A stretch of 64,000 nucleotides of DNA from Andalucia godoyi And28 (Eukaryota; Protista; Jakobida). Each line of letters opens with the position of its first letter. Positions within the stretch are counted from its first letter, which is position 1. The position numbers were made by a program, and so were the translations under genes. The DNA lies in the NCBI GenBank assembly GCA_009859145.1, contig VRVR01000031.1, forward strand, positions 124,001 through 188,000. The letters are read 5' to 3'. Of the stretch, positions 59,640 through 64,000 are shown piece by piece. A model generated the notes under the pieces. That model was not told the origin of the DNA. It ran no database searches and saw only the letters and a list, made by a program, of their open reading frames with translations.

Positions 59640-60725
59640 ATGGCGAGTGTCATTGTACTGTACATAGTTCTTGTACCGGTCTTGTTTGTTGCGGGACTGT
59701 ACACTGCACCTGGATCGCATCGCCACGTGCGAGATGATCCAACAGTGATTCGCCATCGGATGATTTCTACGCTTGCAACATCCCTTCTCATCACTTTGCT
59801 TTCGTATTTTGCCTATTCCACCACGTCGGCATCATCATCTGCCGCTGCTGCTGCTGCCGCTTCCGAGGAAGGATCATGGAGCATACCGTACTCATGGATG
59901 GACTGGATGGGACTTCGTTTCTGCTGGAAAACACATGTGCTTGGAATGGCCCTTGCATGGATGCACGTTTCAATTCTGTTTGCAGGACCTCTGCTAACGT
60001 CCTTTCTTGCATTCTGCTCGCGATCTCCGAAGTTCAGTATCTGCGGTGCGAAAGACCTAGAGAAGAAGACCTGCACGAACAAGAATAAGAACGAAAACGA
60101 GAATGGGACGATGGCGGTGCTGGCAGGTCAAGGTCGAGTGGTCTTGAAAGCCGTTCGAGATGTGCTGGGTATTACTGTCGAATATGCATGGTTTGTTGCT
60201 GCATCCGCGTTCCGAGAAGTGTGTGAACTGCAAGGGTTCAGAGACTATTTTGTCGCTCCGTTGGCGGAGGAATGGTGCTTTCGGGCTTGTTTGTGCTCCA
60301 TGATTGCTCATCTTCTTGGACCTACGGCGCTTTGGTCCATCTGCTGCTATTCAGGAATTCTCTTTGGTATCTCGCATCTTCATTTCGTCGTTGAGCGCGT
60401 CGTAGCGCACAACCTGGCGTTCAAGCAAGCGTTTCTGAATGCGCTTTTTCATGCATCATTTACTTCTATATTCGGATTGTATGCGGCAACGTTTTTCATG
60501 ACCACCGGATCACTTCCTGCTGTCGTGGCGGTTCACTGCCTCTGCAATTGGTACGGGTTCCCGGACACCAGCCAGATCGACGAGGAGCTGACTAGACCAT
60601 TGCACAAACGTCTTGCCTGGATCGCGTACTTTGCGGGACTTTGCCTGTTCCTCATCATTTGGCTCGCCTTTATCAGGCCGTCTCTCTGGTATTTCCCGTC
60701 TCCATATGCTTTCCCGATTTCATGA
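59640..60725 (+). CDS. RCE1: CAAX prenyl protease 2 (Rce1, CPBP family)
   Basis: DDPTVIRHR, VAPLAEEWCFRAC (EExxFR), LFGISHLH, HCLCNWYGFP (HxxxN). Confidence 0.92.
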   Translation: MASVIVLYIVLVPVLFVAGLYTAPGSHRHVRDDPTVIRHRMISTLATSLLITLLSYFAYSTTSASSSAAAAAAASEEGSWSIPYSWMDWMGLRFCWKTHVLGMALAWMHVSILFAGPLLTSFLAFCSRSPKFSICGAKDLEKKTCTNKNKNENENGTMAVLAGQGRVVLKAVRDVLGITVEYAWFVAASAFREVCELQGFRDYFVAPLAEEWCFRACLCSMIAHLLGPTALWSICCYSGILFGISHLHFVVERVVAHNLAFKQAFLNALFHASFTSIFGLYAATFFMTTGSLPAVVAVHCLCNWYGFPDTSQIDEELTRPLHKRLAWIAYFAGLCLFLIIWLAFIRPSLWYFPSPYAFPIS

Positions 60726-60885
60726 AGTATCCAATCGGCCGTGGTATTGGTATTACAGCACCACGACAGACGAAATCGTCACATTCCAAAAAAGAAAAGA
60801 AAAATCCAGTAATACTAATGAATATTTATAGAGTGTTTTTTTTTCCTTTTTCCTTTTTCTTTTGGTGTAGTATTGAATGTTCTAT

Positions 60886-61217
60886 CACAGAGGTTTGCTG
60901 GCTTCTCAATTTATGAGATCCAAGTGCTGGTTTCTCGCATTGCTTGCCCTGAACTCCAATGTCTAAACTGCTGTTGACTTGGTGTTTGCATTTAATTAAG
61001 CGTTGTCGTTGTCCTGTACTCACAAGAACATCTCCCAAGTCTATTCCTTTTGGTTCGCCTTTTCCCTCCCCCCAATTTGGCATATACAGAACAAACACGG
61101 CCCAGACACCGTTCTGACGAAGAAGAACACACGGATCCGCAGATCTTCATTCTTGCTTCACTCATAAGCCATTGCGTAGGTCGCATGGATCGTGAAACGG
61201 TCGCAGGCAGCAGAATC
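60886..61217 (+). mobile_element. Possible highly decayed Fanzor2 remnant (Fz-61k)
   Basis: Ordered fragments: HRGL, RIACPELQ, SKLLLTWCLH, SQE, EEEHT, HCVGRMDR then (frameshift) NG-A. Confidence 0.35.
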
Positions 61218-61399
61218 GAATGTTTAGAAAGACTTTCATGTTTATTGCTTTAGACACTGCTGCTTCCGAACCAAATAGGACAAGAGGAATCGGAATCGGA
61301 ATCGGACTGCGGAAAAAAAAACACACACCCACATCCACACCCACACACAAAAACAACGCCACGCTGCTTCTCGAACGAAGGCGTCTTTTTTTTTAATTT

Positions 61400-64000
61400 T
61401 TAGTGCTGTTTCTTCTTGAGCGATCTCGGAAGGATCACGGACCTTGAATACGCTTTTAGAACTTCGTCGATGAACACAACTGGTGCGGAGAAGGCAAGAA
61501 CAGCAATCCATTCGTCGAAAGACAGTGCGGCGACTCCGAACACACCGCTAAAGAAGGGGATGTACAGAATTCCAAAATGAAGAACAAAAGACGTGGAGAT
61601 CGCCAGGATCAGCCAAGGGTTAACCCAGGGAGGCATTCTGAAGATGGACTGATCTTCCGACACTGCATTGCAAGCATTAAACATCTCAATGGTAACCAGA
61701 ACAGACAGCGCAACGGTCGCAGGCCTGGGATCGAAAAACGCCGAGCAGTCAAACCCGTTGGCAAACGCATGTTCCGTGGCTTCGCAGCTGTGGAAGGTTG
61801 TAAGCTCAGCCCACGACATCTTCGGTCCGTGTTCATACGACAAGAACCACCAAGCAAACCCAGCGATAGTAGCCACACCAACGTACACTCCAATAACCAT
61901 GTAACGGAAAAATAGCCAGCGTGTGACCAGCGGATCGTCACGATTTCGCGGCTGCTGTTGCATGATACCAGCATCAGCAGGATTGAAACCCAGAGCAGTG
62001 GCAGGAAGACCATCCGTTACAAGATTAACCCACAAAAGTTGGACGGGCACAAGAGCCTCGGGCATTCCGAGAAGCGCGGTAAGCACGATGCAAACAACTT
62101 CTCCAATGTTGGACGAAATCAGATAGCGAATAAACTGTTTGGTATTGTTGTAGATTGCACGACCTTCCTCAACTGCAGACACAATCGTGGAGAAGTTATC
62201 GTCCGCAAGAATCATGTCGCACGCTCCCTTTGCAACCTCAGTTCCTGATCCCATCGCAATACCAATATCCGCAGCCTTCAGTGCAGAGGAGTCGTTAACG
62301 CCGTCTCCCGTCATTGCAACCACTTGCGACCGTTCCTGCAACATGCGAACAATTTCCATCTTGTGCGACGGAATCACGCGAGAGAATACGACTGCATTCT
62401 GGCATGCAACATTCTTCTCCGCAAGGGACATCGCACCAAACTCTCGACCAGTAAAAGAACGGCCTGCAAACGGGTTGGACGGATCAAAATTCGGCGACGC
62501 AGACGATGACAGCGACGACGATGATGAAGAAGGAGCAGACGCAACATTCGCGGCAAGCCCAATGCGCTTGGCAATTGCTTCCGCAGTAACCTTGTTGTCA
62601 CCGGTGATCATGACAACGCGAATTCCAGCAGTGTGGCATCGAGCAATGGCACTGAAAACCTCTTCCCGAGGCGGATCCAGCAGGCCCACCATTCCCACAA
62701 ACGTGAGACCACTTTCGACACCTGCAAACTTGGCAGGATCCGCGAGCTCGTCTCGAGTAGGTGCTCCTGGCCCGACGCTGACAATCTCACGATACGCAAG
62801 AGCAAGACAGCGCAAAGGAGTCTCACCCTCGGATCCGAACCTGTCCATCTCACTTTGAAGTCGCAGGCGACCAGTCGCAGACAAGTCCACAACCGAGCCG
62901 TCGGAGCGCAACACATGTGAAGAGCGTTCAAGAATCGCTTCGGGAGCTCCCTTGACAAGCAACAACTGGTATGGAGTACGCTTTCCGGAAGACTGAGGAG
63001 TAACGATGACGGACATGGACTTTCTCTCTCGCGTAAATTCGAGAGTGGTTGTTGTCGCATAAAGTTGAGATAAAACCGAACTGGCAGCAAGCGGATTCGA
63101 CGTGGAAGAACGAGCCTCGATTCCCTGTCCGCTTCCTTCCAACAAACCAATCTTCTCGACAAGAACACGAAGCGCAGCTTCAGTGGGCTCACCCACACGT
63201 TCAAAAGCGGCTGACTTCTCACTGTACCGAACAGACGACTCGTTGCACAGTGCTGCAATTCGCGCAATCCAACGGAACACGGGGGCAGCAGCAGCGATGG
63301 AAGCAGACGGAAGATGTCCAATGGTCGGGTTGTACTGCGTATCGGAAACGTCGACTTCCTGAAGTTCCTGAGTCAATGTCGGAAGAGCGTACAACACTTT
63401 AACGGCCGACATGCGGTTCGTCGTCAATGTTCCCGTCTTGTCAGAGCAAATGACAGTGGTACAGCCAAGAGTTTCGACGGACGGAAGCGAGCGAACAATT
63501 GCATTTTTCTTCGCCATCTTGCGAGTTGCAAGAGCCAAACAAGTGGTGACAACGGCAGGAAGGCCCTCAGGAATGGCTGCAACAGCGAGGGCAACAGCAA
63601 TCTTGAAGTAATAGACGGCGCCTCGCAAGACTCCGCCGTGAGACGGATCCCAAAAGTGATTCACATTCAGAACCCACACGGCAATGCAGATGTACATGAT
63701 ATACTTTGCCAGATCCTCGCCGAATTCATCGAGCTTCTCCTGCAACGGAGTCTTGTTTGCTCCAACATCCTCGACATCCTGCTGAATCTTTCCGAGCTCG
63801 CAGTTCATTCCAGTGGCAACCACGACAGCAATACCTGAGCCGTAGACAATCGTCGTTCCAGAGAAGAGCATGTTCGTCTGACTCTGCAGCTCAAGGGATC
63901 CAGAGTCCTTTCCGCTAGCAACGATCGCATCCGGGAACTTGAGAACCGCGTCGGACTCACCGGTCATTGCGGATTGTTCCGCACGCAGCGTGGTTGAGGA
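61400..64000 (-). CDS. ATP2A: SERCA-type P2A Ca2+-ATPase (5' partial, runs off window end)
   Basis: The frame is open to 64000 (STTLRAEQSAMTGES); AVAAIPEGLP, CSDKTGTLT, KGAPE, TGDGVND, QLLWVNLVTDGLPATALGFNP. Confidence 0.97.
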   Translation of the reverse strand, partial: SSTTLRAEQSAMTGESDAVLKFPDAIVASGKDSGSLELQSQTNMLFSGTTIVYGSGIAVVVATGMNCELGKIQQDVEDVGANKTPLQEKLDEFGEDLAKYIMYICIAVWVLNVNHFWDPSHGGVLRGAVYYFKIAVALAVAAIPEGLPAVVTTCLALATRKMAKKNAIVRSLPSVETLGCTTVICSDKTGTLTTNRMSAVKVLYALPTLTQELQEVDVSDTQYNPTIGHLPSASIAAAAPVFRWIARIAALCNESSVRYSEKSAAFERVGEPTEAALRVLVEKIGLLEGSGQGIEARSSTSNPLAASSVLSQLYATTTTLEFTRERKSMSVIVTPQSSGKRTPYQLLLVKGAPEAILERSSHVLRSDGSVVDLSATGRLRLQSEMDRFGSEGETPLRCLALAYREIVSVGPGAPTRDELADPAKFAGVESGLTFVGMVGLLDPPREEVFSAIARCHTAGIRVVMITGDNKVTAEAIAKRIGLAANVASAPSSSSSSLSSSASPNFDPSNPFAGRSFTGREFGAMSLAEKNVACQNAVVFSRVIPSHKMEIVRMLQERSQVVAMTGDGVNDSSALKAADIGIAMGSGTEVAKGACDMILADDNFSTIVSAVEEGRAIYNNTKQFIRYLISSNIGEVVCIVLTALLGMPEALVPVQLLWVNLVTDGLPATALGFNPADAGIMQQQPRNRDDPLVTRWLFFRYMVIGVYVGVATIAGFAWWFLSYEHGPKMSWAELTTFHSCEATEHAFANGFDCSAFFDPRPATVALSVLVTIEMFNACNAVSEDQSIFRMPPWVNPWLILAISTSFVLHFGILYIPFFSGVFGVAALSFDEWIAVLAFSAPVVFIDEVLKAYSRSVILPRSLKKKQH

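Noticed and set aside
60864-60885. GTGTAGTA resembling the U2 snRNA branch-recognition sequence
   Set aside because: The flanking U2 5' stem-loop and Sm site are absent.

Overview
64 kb of a gene-dense eukaryotic nuclear chromosome with about 30 protein-coding genes, all of which read as single uninterrupted ORFs in the standard code. NPHP4 and a targeted cytochrome c peroxidase suggest a flagellated, aerobic, intron-poor protist; a discobid/jakobid-like host is only a guess. I found no tRNA, rRNA or CRISPR array. The most notable signal lies in the intergenic gaps: a family of decayed Fanzor2 (IS607 TnpB-like, RNA-guided RuvC nuclease) elements. Three copies are well supported (about 7.2-7.65 kb, 24.6-24.8 kb and 26.2-26.8 kb) and three are weaker. 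The well-supported copies all end in TGCAA after a hairpin-rich non-coding tail, a candidate omegaRNA scaffold that is 70/77 identical between two copies. Other notable items are a bacterial-type LOG gene sitting between two of these remnants, a near-identical ~596 bp inverted repeat bracketing an EF-hand gene and NPHP4, and a C2-arrestin-SAM-SAM protein. All family assignments come from motif recognition by eye, not from database searches.
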